From: Camelus dromedarius
Lineage: Eukaryota
Direction of reading: 5' to 3'
NCBI RefSeq assembly: GCF_036321535.1
Contig: NC_087437.1
Coordinates: 20,090,001-20,154,000 of the forward strand
DNA length: 64,000 bases
A model generated the notes under the pieces. That model did no database searches. It had not been told where the DNA came from and saw only the letters and a program-made list of their open reading frames with translations. Position 1 is the first letter of the stretch. Each line of letters opens with the position of its first letter. The translations under genes were made by a program, and so were the position numbers. Positions 37,897 to 49,426 of this stretch are shown here, one piece after another.

Positions 37897-39307
37897 CACC
37901 ATCTTTTTAGAATGGGCAAAATTAGCAAGGACAAAAATCATATGACCATCTTAATAGATATCAAAAAAGCATGTGAAAAAAAATTCAACACCCACTCGAA
38001 CTAAAAATAGAGAAACTTCTTGGACCAAATAAAGGAAATTCACACACACACAAAATCTACAGCTAATATTATATTTAATGATGAAAGACTGAAAGCTTTC
38101 CCCATAAAATAGAAGTAAGGTAAGAATGTCCACTTCTCAGTACTTCTATGAAACATTGAACTGATGTTTCTAAGTCTATTAAATAAGACAACAACAACAA
38201 AAAGATATTAAAGACATTCTGATTGGAAAAGAAGTAAAAATCGTCTTTATATACAGACGACATGAACCTGGATGTAGAAAACCCTACAGAATCAATAAAG
38301 TTCTATTAGAACTAATGAGCAAGTTTAGCAAGTCACAGATACACGATCAATATAAAAAATCAATTGTATTTTTATATACTAGCAATGAACAATCCAAAAA
38401 TGAAATTAAGAGAACAAGTCCATTTAAATAGCATCAAAAATAATAAAATGCCTAGGAACAAATTTAACAAAAGGAGTGCTAGATTTGTTCACTGAAAATT
38501 ATAAAAAATATTGATGAGAAGAAAATAAGAAATATCTAAATAAATGGAAAGATATTCCAAGTTCATGGATTGGGAGATCACTATTATTATAGTGACAATT
38601 CTCCACAAATGGTCCATGTATTCAGTGTAATCCCTTTCAAAATTTCAGCAGACGTTTCTGCAGAAATTGACAAGCTAGTCCTGGAAATGCAAAGGACCCA
38701 GAATAGCCAAAACAATTTTGAAAAGGAAGAACAGAGTTGGAAGACCTAGACTTTGTGATTTCAAAACTTATCCTAAATCTACAGTAATCAAAGCTGGAGT
38801 TGTAGGGGTGGAATTGATGGGAGGGTAGGAATATAAGTCAATGGAACAAAATTGAGAGTCTGGAAATAAGCCCTTACATTTGTATCAAGTGATTTTCAAC
38901 ACAGACACCATGTTAATTCAGTGGGGGAAAAGGTTGTCTCTTCAGCAGATGGTGCTAGGAAAGTTGGATATCTTCATGCAAAATGATGAATATAGGCTAA
39001 CTTCACAATATACACTAAAACTTAAGTCAAAATAGATCACTAATTAACTTAAATGTAAGAGGTAAAACTATCAACCTTTAGACGAAATCAGGAGAAATTC
39101 TTCATGAACTTAAACTGGGCAAGGAATTCTTAGATATGACACTAGAAGCATGACCCATGGAAAAAAATGGATAAATTGGACTTCATCAAAATTAAAAACT
39201 TCTGTGCTTCAAAAGACATCATTAAGAATATGAAAAGACAGGCCATAGACTTTGAGAAATTATTTGCAAATCATAAGTTTGATAAAGGCTTTGAATGCAG
39301 AGTATAT

Positions 39308-39660
39308 GTAAAGTTTGATCTATAAATTAGGCATAATATGAGTGACAAAAATAACTCATAATGAAATAGAACAATTATAACAATATACTGTAATGAAAGT
39401 TATGTGAATATGGTCTCTATCTCTCTCTCTCTCAAAATATCTTACTGTACTATACTCACCCTCCTTCTTGTGATGGTGTGAGGTGATAAAATGCTCATGT
39501 GATGAGATGAAGTGTAATGAATGACGTAGGCATTGTGACGTAGCTACAACTGACCTTCTGATGATTCTTCAGAAAGAGCATCACCCACTTTGGGTGATCC
39601 TGAATTACTGAGCCATCATGATGTCAAAGGTTGGGTGTCTGGAGTAGAAAATGCCCATGG
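39308..39660. mobile_element. Tigger2/Tigger2a-like TcMar fragment
   Basis: tataaattaggca...aatagaacaattataacaatatactgtaat..aagttatgtgaat...ctcaaaatatctta...gaatgacgtaggcattgtgacgtagc. Confidence 0.85.
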
Positions 39661-40104
39661 TGAGTGGGGCCTGGGCAGGGTCTGCAGGAGGGAAGGCAAT
39701 GCCAAACTCACATGACTGCTGTGGTCACTCGCAGCCAGGCAGAAATATTCTAGGCCACCCTGCACTCAAAGGAGTGCTTGCCGTGGTGGCCTGGCAGTGA
39801 GCCTGGTGGATAAGATCATGGGTGCCTAGCCCACCACCCAGATTCCAGCCTTCTCACCTAGGGCCGGGTGACCCAGCAGGGACACTGAGGGGTGCTTTAG
39901 GCACCAGCAAAGGAGGGGGACACACAAAAGGGAGAAAAGGTCCCCTTCAGAGAAATGCCCCCAGAACTTCAGAATTATAAAACTTAGGAACTATTTGACT
40001 TCCATCATCTGCATTAGTTTTGTGTCAACGTTTTGTGTTATTTATATTTTGGATTGGGAAGGTTGTGAGTGCCTTTTTAAATTTTTAATGCACAAAACTC
40101 CTGA

Positions 40105-40270
40105 AGTTCTCACCCCAACCCTGGCTCTATCACTTAGTAAATGCGTTGCCCCGGGAAACTCACCCTCCTTATTTGTCAAACTGGAATGGTGTAACCACCT
40201 CCTAGGATGTTCAGTGAATTAGGTCAGCTTGTCAGGTCTGAGTGCAGGACTTGGACACAGCGCGTGCCCA
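40105..40270 (+). mobile_element. MIR SINE, diverged
   Basis: cctggctctatcacttag...ctccttatttgtcaaactggaat...cctcctaggatgtt..gtgaattag. Confidence 0.55.
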
Positions 40271-41186
40271 GGGATGTCATTACTCCTATCTGGGCCCAAA
40301 AAGCCATACCAGCACCCAGACAGACCCAGGTCTGTAAGTTCTGCCTCTGCCCTCCCTCCCTCTGTCTTGCCTGGACCGAGAGAGCAGAGAAGTTGCCCTC
40401 TCTCCCGAGTGTCCACTGCCTGCTATTCGTGTGCTGAGAAAATTTCAGATTTTTTAATAGCTCCATCATTCATTGATTTTCTTCCAGTGTCCCATACAAC
40501 CTTTTAATGAAAACAATCTGAAAAAGTAGTTAGAAAGAAAGAGAGATGAAGCTTTCCTCTACCATAACCGGGTTAGCCCGCCTCCCTCACAGCCAGCTCA
40601 CGATGGAGGCGTTTAAAAGGACAGTTATCTTCCTCCTCTAGGACAGTGTGGACCTTGAGGGCCAGGACCACCATCCCTCCTGGGTCACAGTGTCCGCCTC
40701 AAGCAGAGGTTGTGTAACAGTGGTTTTTAAGTAAACGAATGAATTTCTGGTGAGGTCCTGGCTGCTCTGTTACCCGGCAGCATCTAAGGCCAGTCGCTGA
40801 GATGAGGAAGAAGAATTAGCAAATCCATCAGTTGGATTCTAGGCACTTCACCTGTTATCGCTTCCTCTTTGGCTGTCTATTGTAACATTCACCTGCTGCC
40901 ATTATAAGTCAGCACCGAGTCAGTGGGAGAGATCTGCATGTCACGGGTCTCCGTGAACCTCATACCTGCATTTCATAGCAGGCAGCAGAGGGACACTACG
41001 TAACAGGCTTTCCTGCCGCTAACATCACTGATTAAACCTGGGGCCAGAAGAAGCTAACAGCGGTGATTCACCACGGACAGCCTGCTCATGGACAGGGCCC
41101 TGCTTGGCCAGTGCACTTGCTGTCCTTTTGGTCCGGAAACCGAATCTGCTCACGTGTCTGACTTCTGACTTGCATTGCCCACTGTG

Positions 41187-41385
41187 TTTTTTTGCTTTTT
41201 TTTTAATTTATTTTATTTTTTAATTGTTTTGTCCATCTTTTAAAAAAAGTATTTATTTTTTATTCATCATTTTTGAGGGGAGGTAATTAGGTTACTCATT
41301 TTTTTTTACTGAAGGTGCTAGGGATTGAACCCAGGACCTCAGGCATGCTAGGCATGCGCTCTACCACTGAGCTATCCCCTCACCC
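41187..41385 (-). mobile_element. tRNA-Ala-derived SINE (vic-1-like), long form
   Basis: gggattgaacccaggacctcaggcatgctaggcatgcgctctaccactgagcta (reverse-complement head), gaggggaggtaattagg module, T-rich tail. Confidence 0.92.
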
Positions 41386-41399
41386 TGCTTGCTTGTTTT

Positions 41400-41660
41400 T
41401 AATATATTAAAAAATCGATTGGCTTTTAATATTTGAAAATCTGGAGATTTCTCATAAAAACCCGCAAAAGCATCCGAAGATGCTGACCTGGGTCCTCAAC
41501 TTCTGCTTGGCCACAGTCTGTGGGAGCCCACCCACTTTGGACCCAGCATCTGCGCTCCCGTGGCCAAACTCCCATTGCCGCCAGTCATCCGTAAACTCGG
41601 CCTGCTTCATCACTTCTGTTACCCAGCCTGGTGTTACCAGGAGTTGAAATCCTCAACTGC
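41400..41660. mobile_element. MER102-like hAT-Charlie fragment
   Basis: aaaatctggagatttctcataaaaaccc...ggcctgcttcatcacttctgttacccagcctgg resembles MER102 as recalled. Confidence 0.6.
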
Positions 41661-41974
41661 AGATGGTGGAAGATCAAGGCTGTATGTAGATGGACACACA
41701 TGCCTCACCTGAGTAGCACCTGGCCCCTGTAAGTCGTTTCTGGGGGTCATTTTATGTTACCGGTGTGTCTCGTGTGTCAAAATGTGAAATTGCATACTTA
41801 CCCTGGGAATGAATAAGGATGACTGCCCTAGGATTGTGGGATCATGTCTTCCAGGAGGGTTGACTTCCATATCTTGTCCAGAAACACCCCTGTCGGTCAT
41901 GGGAACTAACCAAGGTGAGTGACAGGGACAGGATGTGTGAACAGATTATCTAAAGGGGCCCTTGGGTGGCCCTG

Positions 41975-42092
41975 GCTCCGTGTTAAAATGCAGTCTGATT
42001 CAGCTGCTCTCAGGGGAGGCCTGGGACCAGGGTAGATAAAATCTCCCCTGGTGATTCTTACGGGCAGTCAAGGTGGAGAATCGCTGGTCTCA
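41975..42092. mobile_element. MER5B-like fragment
   Basis: tgttaaaatgcag...ctcccctggtgattcttacgggcagtcaaggtggagaatcgctg. Confidence 0.55.
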
Positions 42093-43081
42093 AGGAAGTC
42101 TGACTTCTTAAGGTCAATAATCAGGGGACGGAAATACAATCCTGGATTGAAAGTCTGGGGGCTCTGCCTGCCCCACCAGACCTTGGTGCTTGCTCTGTAT
42201 CCTTCACCCAACACAGTGCCTGGCACATGGCAGGTGCCCAGTGTACGCTTATGGGAGGAAAGCAGAAAGGGAGGGAAGGAACTGTCATGGAAAACTTATG
42301 ACCTGGCTTGGTACCAATTTTGTAGTTCTAGAATATGGTTGTTGCGTTAGGTTTGAAGAAAAAAAAAGAGATCCCTGTATAACTCCACTAGCCTGAGAGA
42401 AATGTATTTATTTAGCATGCCTTCACCCTGGGCTGTCTGGAGTCGAGCTCAAGCGGGAAGGACACATAGCTGAAAAAAGAGTGTCATTAACGCTTACAGA
42501 AGAATAAATACACATTTCAAAGCTGAGTTGATTTCTGGGAGCTGAATGACTTTTTCTGATGCCTGCTCCCAGCCAGGGCCATGCTGGACCTGTAAACGCA
42601 TGCTATTTCTTCCACCAGAACCCCAGTACCATTCCAGTCCAACCAAACACATGTACCAGACCACCTCCAGCGACTTGGCGGGGAAAGTGTGGTGACTCTA
42701 GATCTCAAACACCCATCTGAAAGTTAGTGATCTCCACAAGTCTGTGCGTCTCATAAAAATTTAAACACCTGCTAAGTGAAAACAACACCTTTTGCTGTCT
42801 TTCTGGCAAACACCTTCTGCAGGAATTTTCTCACTTCTCAGAGGTGACATATTTCACCCCGCAATTCCCCTGGCACCGAGGCTGCTAAAAGATAGAGGGG
42901 GCCAGGCACAGTGGTCCCTCTAGGAGTCCCAGAAGGTACCTTTGGAGGCAGCGATCTGACAGGGGTTTGGGAAGCAAAGGGGTTCAGCCACAGGAAGTAT
43001 GTGGGTTGAGCTTTGAAATCAGGAGTGGCTGGGTCTGGGAGACCTGGCTCTGGAAGGTTGCTGCAAAAAAATGTATAGTAA

Positions 43082-43206
43082 AGGAGGATATAGTTCAAGT
43101 GATAGAGCACATGCTTAGCATGTGCAAGATTCTGGGTTCAATCCCCAGTACCTCCTCTAAAAATAAATAAATAAACAAACAAACAAACCTAATTACCCCC
43201 CCCCCC
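43082..43206 (+). mobile_element. tRNA-Ala-derived SINE (vic-1-like), long form
   Basis: gatagagcacatgcttagcatgtgcaagattctgggttcaatccccagtacctcc, then (AAAT/AAAC)n, then cctaattaccccc. Degenerate TSD aaatgtatag vs aaatctacag. Confidence 0.92.
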
Positions 43207-43519
43207 AAATCTACAGAGGATTCAGAAGAAAACTTGCTCAGCTGGAACATGGGGAGTTATGGGGTGGGAGAAAAAGCACAGTCACACACTAAGGACCAGA
43301 CACATGTCAGGCATTTTGTACATAAGCTAGTTTCCCCAGGCCTCGTCAATCTTTGGTGTGAATGGGACTTCCACACCAGTAACTGGTAACATACCATCAA
43401 CGTACATGTTCACAACATGCAGGCTGTCGGCAGCACCGGCAGGGTGCAGGCTGCAGACCACGCCAAGTGCTGCAGTTCCCAGGTGTTGTATGAACTTACG
43501 GGGTCATCCCACATTTCCC

Positions 43520-43936
43520 CCGATGGTGTTGAATTGTGCCCCTCCAAAATGCTTTTACTGAAGCCCTAATTCCTAGTCCCTCAGTGGCTTATGTGGGGAT
43601 AGGGCCTTTGCTGATATGATGAGTTAAGATGAGGCCATACTGGAGTAGGGTGAGCCCCTAGTCCAATAGGACTGGTGTCCTTATAAGAAGGGGAACTTCG
43701 GACACAGACATGCGCACAGGGAGAACACCACATGAAGGTGAAGGCAGAGATGGGGTGATGCCCTCAAAGCAGCAAAAGCTCAGAGAGAGGGATGGGCAGA
43801 GTCTCTCTCACAATCCTCAGAAGAAACCAACTCTGCCAACATCTTGCTGTCAGCCATCTAGCTTCCAGAATGGCGAGACTAAATTTCTGTTGTTTAAGTC
43901 ACCCAGTTTGTGGTACAACCTGGGCAAACAAATACA
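43520..43936 (+). mobile_element. MaLR solo LTR (MLT1B-like)
   Basis: ttgaattgtgcccctccaaaa...agttaagatgaggccatactggagtagggtg...ggtgtccttataagaag...aaatttctgttgtttaagtcacccagtttgtggta. Confidence 0.92.
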
Positions 43937-44704
43937 GTATCCAAGCCTGACTTGCATGGGGGCTGCCAAGAGGCTGCCCTGGAACCTTCTTGCAAAGCAT
44001 CCCCGATACCTGCCCTCCAGTGGGCCTCCTACATCTCAGCATGTCGAGTCCAGTCTAAGCTCAGACTAGAGCCTCAACGTCCATCACCCAATGTGATCCT
44101 TCCTAAAGAAAGCCTGAGAAGGAAATTCTACCTTTACTGTCAGCTGAATAACTGTAACTCAGTAGATTATAGGACTCGCCTAGGGCTGCACATTCATTCA
44201 TTTGGAGGTTTCTCCATCAAAACAGTTCTGGTACCTTGGCTGAGTATCATATGCTCAGCCAACCTGGGGCCAGGGAGCTTCACATTAAACAGTGGCACTG
44301 CCGGTCAGTGTGCATGCTGTCCTCTTCTAACTCTAGATGGACACCCGTGACATCCATCTCACCCTTCCTGGGCTGACATGGAGCTCTTGTAATACACTGC
44401 TGCTCTGTGGTGGGCCTTGGGTGGCCCGAGAGGGTGACTGCTGCACGTCAGCAGAGTTTGTAAACGGGGGATCTGAGTGGAGCAGGAGCAGCTGCAAGGG
44501 TGCAGGATGAATCTGGAGAAGAGGGTGCAGCAGGTGGGGATGTCCCCAGCCCGGGAAATCCAGAGTGGGGAGGGAATAACAGGAACTCAAATTACTATTG
44601 CTCTGCCTGGAATTCCACACGTAAACACACATGCCTTTGTCCCCAGCCATCATGCTCCTCATAGTTTCCAGGATGATATCCAATCTTCCCTAAAGGTTCC
44701 CCGT

Positions 44705-44960
44705 GAAGCTCCAGTTTCATGAGATGCTCTGCAAAAAGGTGGTTCTGAGAATGCGTGGTCTGGGGAACACCAGGTCTCTTGGAAATCCACAATACAAATT
44801 AGCATATTAAAGGCTCTGAGAAGTCATGCAGTTAAGAAACCTGTTTTAACTCAGCAATTTTCTAACATAGGTAGCCATAAAAGGAAATATGAGTGTGTAC
44901 AATATCCACTTAAAAAATGCAGAACTCTAGCAGATGTGGTCATAACACTATTTGAATTTT
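44705..44960. mobile_element. Old hAT-Charlie-type fragment (family uncertain)
   Basis: ttagcatattaaaggctctgagaagtcatgcagttaagaaacctgttt motif recalled from Charlie-type MERs. Confidence 0.45.
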
Positions 44961-45633
44961 GATAATATGAGAGATGATCTCATTGGAATTTTAGAACTGT
45001 TGTTCCTTTTTCTTGGGAGAAGTTTAGCGCAGCCATCAGGGAATATGACCTCTTCCCCTCCCTACTCCTAGAGTGACCGCCAGGCATAAAAGCATAGACA
45101 GTGTTAGCAACTACATTTTCAAATGGAAAATGATCAGCTTTCTGCTTCGCTGCGCTCCCGCAAAAGGTCCGTTCTGAGTGCTGCTCCCTTACGTGCTGTC
45201 TGTCACGTTGAGCAGGGGAATCAGAGACTGAGAGCTCAGAAAGCATCTCTCACTTCCTTTTTGTTTCAGGCTGTGGGCGGCGCAGCCAGGGTGGGGAGCC
45301 CGTCTTTAGGGAAAAGAGCTCTCTAAGCTCTCAAGGCACAGGCAGTCAGGACTGTTGGCTCAGGAGGGAGTGAATTTGATGTTAGGGCGAAGGAGCAATC
45401 ACTCTGACCTACATACACCATTGCGTGCAAGGCTCTGACAGCAGCAGCGTCGGGAAGATGTAATCGCCTCTTTGAACAACGAGGTGGAGTCTGTCTTCCC
45501 AATCTGCAGGCGGGAAAGGGGTCAGAGCAAAGAGGCTGGAGGCTCCCCGTCAGCACGGGAGCCCTACAAGGGGCCACTCATCCCTTCTAGAAGTCTCTGG
45601 AGCCCTCCCTCGTGGACTGGGTATCTCCCACGC

Positions 45634-45802
45634 CCCCAGCTCTTTTCCCTTCCTGACTGCTGGGGCTCTAGACCCTTCCCTCCATCTTCTCTGCAGCCTT
45701 CCCGCTGCTGGACCCCCCACCCCAGCTCTTTTCCCTTCCTGACTGCTGGGGCTCTAGACCCTTCCCTCCATCTTCTCTGCAGCCTTCCCGCTGCTGGACC
45801 CC
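45634..45802. repeat. Perfect tandem duplication, 83 bp x2 (period 86)
   Basis: 45634-45716 is identical to 45720-45802; 3-bp spacer cca. Confidence 0.98.
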
Positions 45803-46274
45803 GTCTCTGGGCCTGGACAGCCTCCACTGCCTGCTAACGGTCTCCCTGTCCAGCTGCTTTCCCCTCTGCTCTTCCTCCTATAGGGAGGACCCACTGCATC
45901 CTTCATCCGCCAGACACCTTCAGGATGTGCCACAAACCCCTGCCCACTGGCTCTCACATCATAGCCCTTTGTGATCTGGCCCTTATTTGCTCTGTAACTC
46001 TGGAAACTTAAATCCTACAAGTGAAACCCAGTCAATCAACCTGTCTGTTCCAGGCCTTTGCTTAGACCTTTCCCTCCTCCTGCTCCTCCTCCTCGTTCTC
46101 CTCCTGCTCCTTAGACTGTGCAAATACTGCCGTTCATCACAACCCACCTGAAGTTTCCCATTCTGCCTGGTGTGTCGTCACAGAGTGATCTCCCAGGGGA
46201 CTCACTAAACACACTTGTAGCGTTAGCCTACTTCTCATGTGTTGTTTGCTGTCTTTTATGGATACCTTTTTTTT

Positions 46275-46585
46275 TTTTGCCCAAATGAGCCTCTCTATTC
46301 TTTTTCTTGGTTATTTCATTAATTGCCAGTCTTTGGATTTGCCGGTTCTTTGAAAACACTGATAAGACTGATAAACCTCTATTAAGGTTGATCAAGTTAA
46401 AAAGAAAGAAGACATAATCTTTGGCAAGAATGAAAAGAGAGGACATCAGATGGTAAATGATAATCAATGGTATTAAAAACGACTATGACAGTAAATTTGA
46501 AAATTTAACTGATGTAAACAAATTTCTTATAAAGCTTTTCAAACTGATGAAAGAAAGAATGGAAAACCTAAGTGACCTGATAACT
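46275..46585 (+). mobile_element. Old L1M ORF2 fragment with inverted leading segment
   Basis: ggttctttgaaaac..gataagactgataaacctcta (WFFE..DKPL region) on + from 46344. Minus-strand INEITKKKNRE-like segment at ~46275-46341. Confidence 0.65.
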
Positions 46586-46855
46586 TTTTTAAAATGTATT
46601 CTGTATTCTTTTTTTTTAATCAAAGTACAATTGATTTACAATATTGTGTTAGTTTCTTGTGTAGAGCATAGTGATTCAGTCATACTTATATATATACATA
46701 TTCCTTTTCGTATTTTTTTGTTATAGGTTATTACAAGGTTTTGAATAGAGTTCCCTGTGCTGTACCATAGGACCTTGTTGTTTATCCATTTTATATATAG
46801 TAGTTAGTATCTGCTAATCTCAGTCTCCTAATTCATCCCTCCCCGCTACCCCCAA
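46586..46855 (-). mobile_element. Young L1 3' end inserted in old L1
   Basis: ttgatttacaatattgtgttagtttc..catagtgattcagt...ttccctgtgctgtac..taggaccttgttgtttatcc. Confidence 0.9.
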
Positions 46856-47181
46856 ATAACCCTTAAATAAATGGAACCAATAATTTTCATAGTCAGGTGC
46901 CCATTCCCTTTGATCATGCTGGGAGCTCCCTGATAACTCCTTGATAGTATCAGAATACATGTCAGTAACTCCTGACTGAGGCTAGCTGCCAGACCCTTTT
47001 CAGTTCCCAGGTGAGGGTTGGGAGAACGAGGCCAGCTGCTCACGGACAACTCTGTTGCCCCAGTGATTTCCTCTGGCCATAGCAGTCCAACCCAGAGCCT
47101 TTTGTAGAACTTCAGCCAGACAAGGCTTTTAGCCTTCTATCCCCTTCTGCACATCTAGGAGCCAGGGTGGTAGTTCTCAAT

Positions 47182-47990
47182 CTTTCTTTTTTAATTGAAG
47201 TATAATTGACCTACAACACTATATTAGCTTCAGGTGCACAAAATAGAGATTCAATATTTCTAAACATTACAAAATGATCACCACAATAAGTCTAGTTACC
47301 ATCTGCTACCATACAAAGATTTTATGCAGTTAGTTATTGTCCTCCCCACACGGTACATTTCATACCTGTGATGCATTTATTCTGCATCTGAAAGTTTGTA
47401 CCTCTTAATCTCCTTCACCTAGTTCACTCATGCCCCGCCACCTCTCTCCCTTCTGCAAACCACCTTTGTTCTCTTTATCTGTGAGTCTGTTTCTGTTTTA
47501 TGTTTTTCATTTTGTTTTTTAAAGTCCACATATTAATGACATCATATGGTATTTGTCTTTCTCTGTCTGACTTACTTGACTTAGCCGGGTACCCGCCTGG
47601 CCCATTCATGCTGTCACAAATGGAAAGATTTTGTTCTTTTTTATGGCTGAGTAATATTCATATGTATATATGAATATATATATATAAAGTGGAATATTAT
47701 ATATATTATATCATACATCTTCTTTATCCATTTATCTATTGATGGACACTTAGGTTGCTTAAATATCTTGGCTATTGCAAATAATGCTGCAAGAACATAG
47801 GGGTGCATATATCTTTTCAAATTCATGTTTTTGTTTTCTTTGGAAAACTACCCAGAAGTGGTATTGCTGGCTTATATGGAAGTTCCATTTTTCATTTTCT
47901 GAGGAACCTCCATACTGTTTTCCATAGTGGCTGCACCAGTTTCCATTCCCACCAACGGTGCACAAGGGCTCCTTTTTCGCCACCTCTGGC
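47182..47990 (-). mobile_element. L1 3' end (3'UTR plus ORF2 C-terminus)
   Basis: Minus ORFs [24 protein letters not shown] and [25 protein letters not shown] are L1 ORF2 C-terminal derivatives. Confidence 0.92.
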
Positions 47991-48734
47991 AGTTCTGGAT
48001 CTTGACGTTTAGATTCTCACAGAATGCATGAACCGGCCCTGGTCTTTGCGGCTTATGAAATGCAGTCGAGGGACTGTTGGAGAGCGGCTGCTCTGTTTCA
48101 GACTTCACTTGGGGCATTGAAGACGCCGGCATGGGGAGGAGGCACATGTGGAAAGAGAGAGGGGAAAAAGGGAAAAGGAGAAGACGAACATCCTGCTCTG
48201 ACCCTGGGGCTCTCTGGCCAGATGACGTTTGCTGGGGGACCCCTTTCTGTGGGAAGAAGACAGTGCCCCCGCGGCAACTAACTTGGCTGGAGAGGCCCCA
48301 AAGGTCTTTGTTCGCTGGAGACACAAGGCTTTGGTGTATGCCCTGGGCCCAGATGAGCCCTATCTTCTTATCCATTTTGTTTTATTGCCCGATTATCCTA
48401 GTTTTATTGTTTGTAGATTATATTCTTTCAGTATTCACTTTGCTCTGTTGTTTCTTGTATTTTAATTGTTCTCAGTTGATGTACGATTTAATGACTTTTT
48501 ATCTCCCTTGTACCTCTATCCCTGGCTTGTATTTTATCAACTAGTTCTCTCATCATATTCAACTTTTATTTTGAGCCTGAGTTTTATGTTGTTCGTTTTT
48601 ATTTTAGCCTTGTTATTTGCCTTTCAAGCTGTTTTTAATGGCTTTTGCCTTGATTCATCTTCTTTTGCTGTTCTTGAAAGCCTACTGTTACTTGATTGTC
48701 TTTTATGCTCTTTAATTACCAAATGGCAAGTTTG

Positions 48735-49200
48735 AGGCAAAGTCATGAAGGAACCAGTTGGGAGGGTTGTCCGGTGTCTCAGAAAGGACATCTGGGGTGG
48801 CCAGAAACAGCAAGTCACTCATGCTGTCTCCATAGGTGATGGCTTATTGGCAGGTACAGGCACCTACCAGAGAAATCAAAGATATTCAGGCCTCCTTAGA
48901 CACAGAAACTTACCATCAACAACTACATTCTCCATCTGCCTCTCACTCTGGGGTCCCTTGTTTCTCCCCCTCTGCTCCTCTCTTTCTCTGAGTAGTCGAG
49001 GTCTGCTTTCCCAAGGCCCAGCCTAACTACCCAGCTCAAGTTTGCATGCCTTAGCGTCCAGAGTCTACCGCCATCCAACTGACTCAGTCACCGTCACTTC
49101 ATTCCAAATACCAGGAAGGGCGGATCTGATGCGGCACTCCAGCTTGGCTCAGTTTGCAGCTTCCATCTTTCACTCCATCTCCTCCTGCTTCCGCCATTGG
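48735..49200. mobile_element. Possible old ERVL/MaLR LTR remnant (LTR33-like)
   Basis: attccaaataccaggaagggcggatctgat..ccagcttggctcag motif only; weak. Confidence 0.35.
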
Positions 49201-49386
49201 AATGACAGCAAGTATACTCAAGGCTGGACTTTCTGCGCTGCAGCCAGTAGGTTCCCAACCCAAGGGCCATGATGGAGGGAAGGGAGAGAGGCCGGATGCT
49301 CTTCTCCCTCCAAATGATCTCTCTGCAGCATCACAGTCTCCTCCCACATCTCCGCCCCCTTTCTCCATCATCCCTCTACCTCTTCT

Positions 49387-49426
49387 TTATTCAACTAAGT
49401 ATTCAATTCAATACTTAGTTGAATAA
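49387..49426. repeat. Near-perfect 40-bp palindrome (17-bp perfect arms, 6-nt loop)
   Basis: ttattcaactaagtatt-caattc-aatacttagttgaataa. Confidence 0.97.

Larger units (their letters stand above)
37020..39305 (+). mobile_element. Old L1M fragment (ORF2 RT to C-terminal region, possible 5' remnant), degenerate
   Basis: Recognisable ORF2 motifs: ctaattcattttatgaggccag (NSFYEAS), gactacagaccg..tctc..gaacatagatgcaaaaatt (YRP.SL.NIDAKI), tatacagacgacatg (catalytic xxDD motif), ttcatggattgggaga (SWIGR). Frameshifted. Confidence 0.9.

Noticed and set aside
39660..40105. Possible old DNA-transposon or LTR remnant
   Set aside because: Could not be assigned to any family by eye; left unannotated.
45634..45802. 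CRISPR-like or coding repeat
   Set aside because: Two contiguous copies without unique spacers in a mammalian context; the ORFs over it are low-complexity artefacts.
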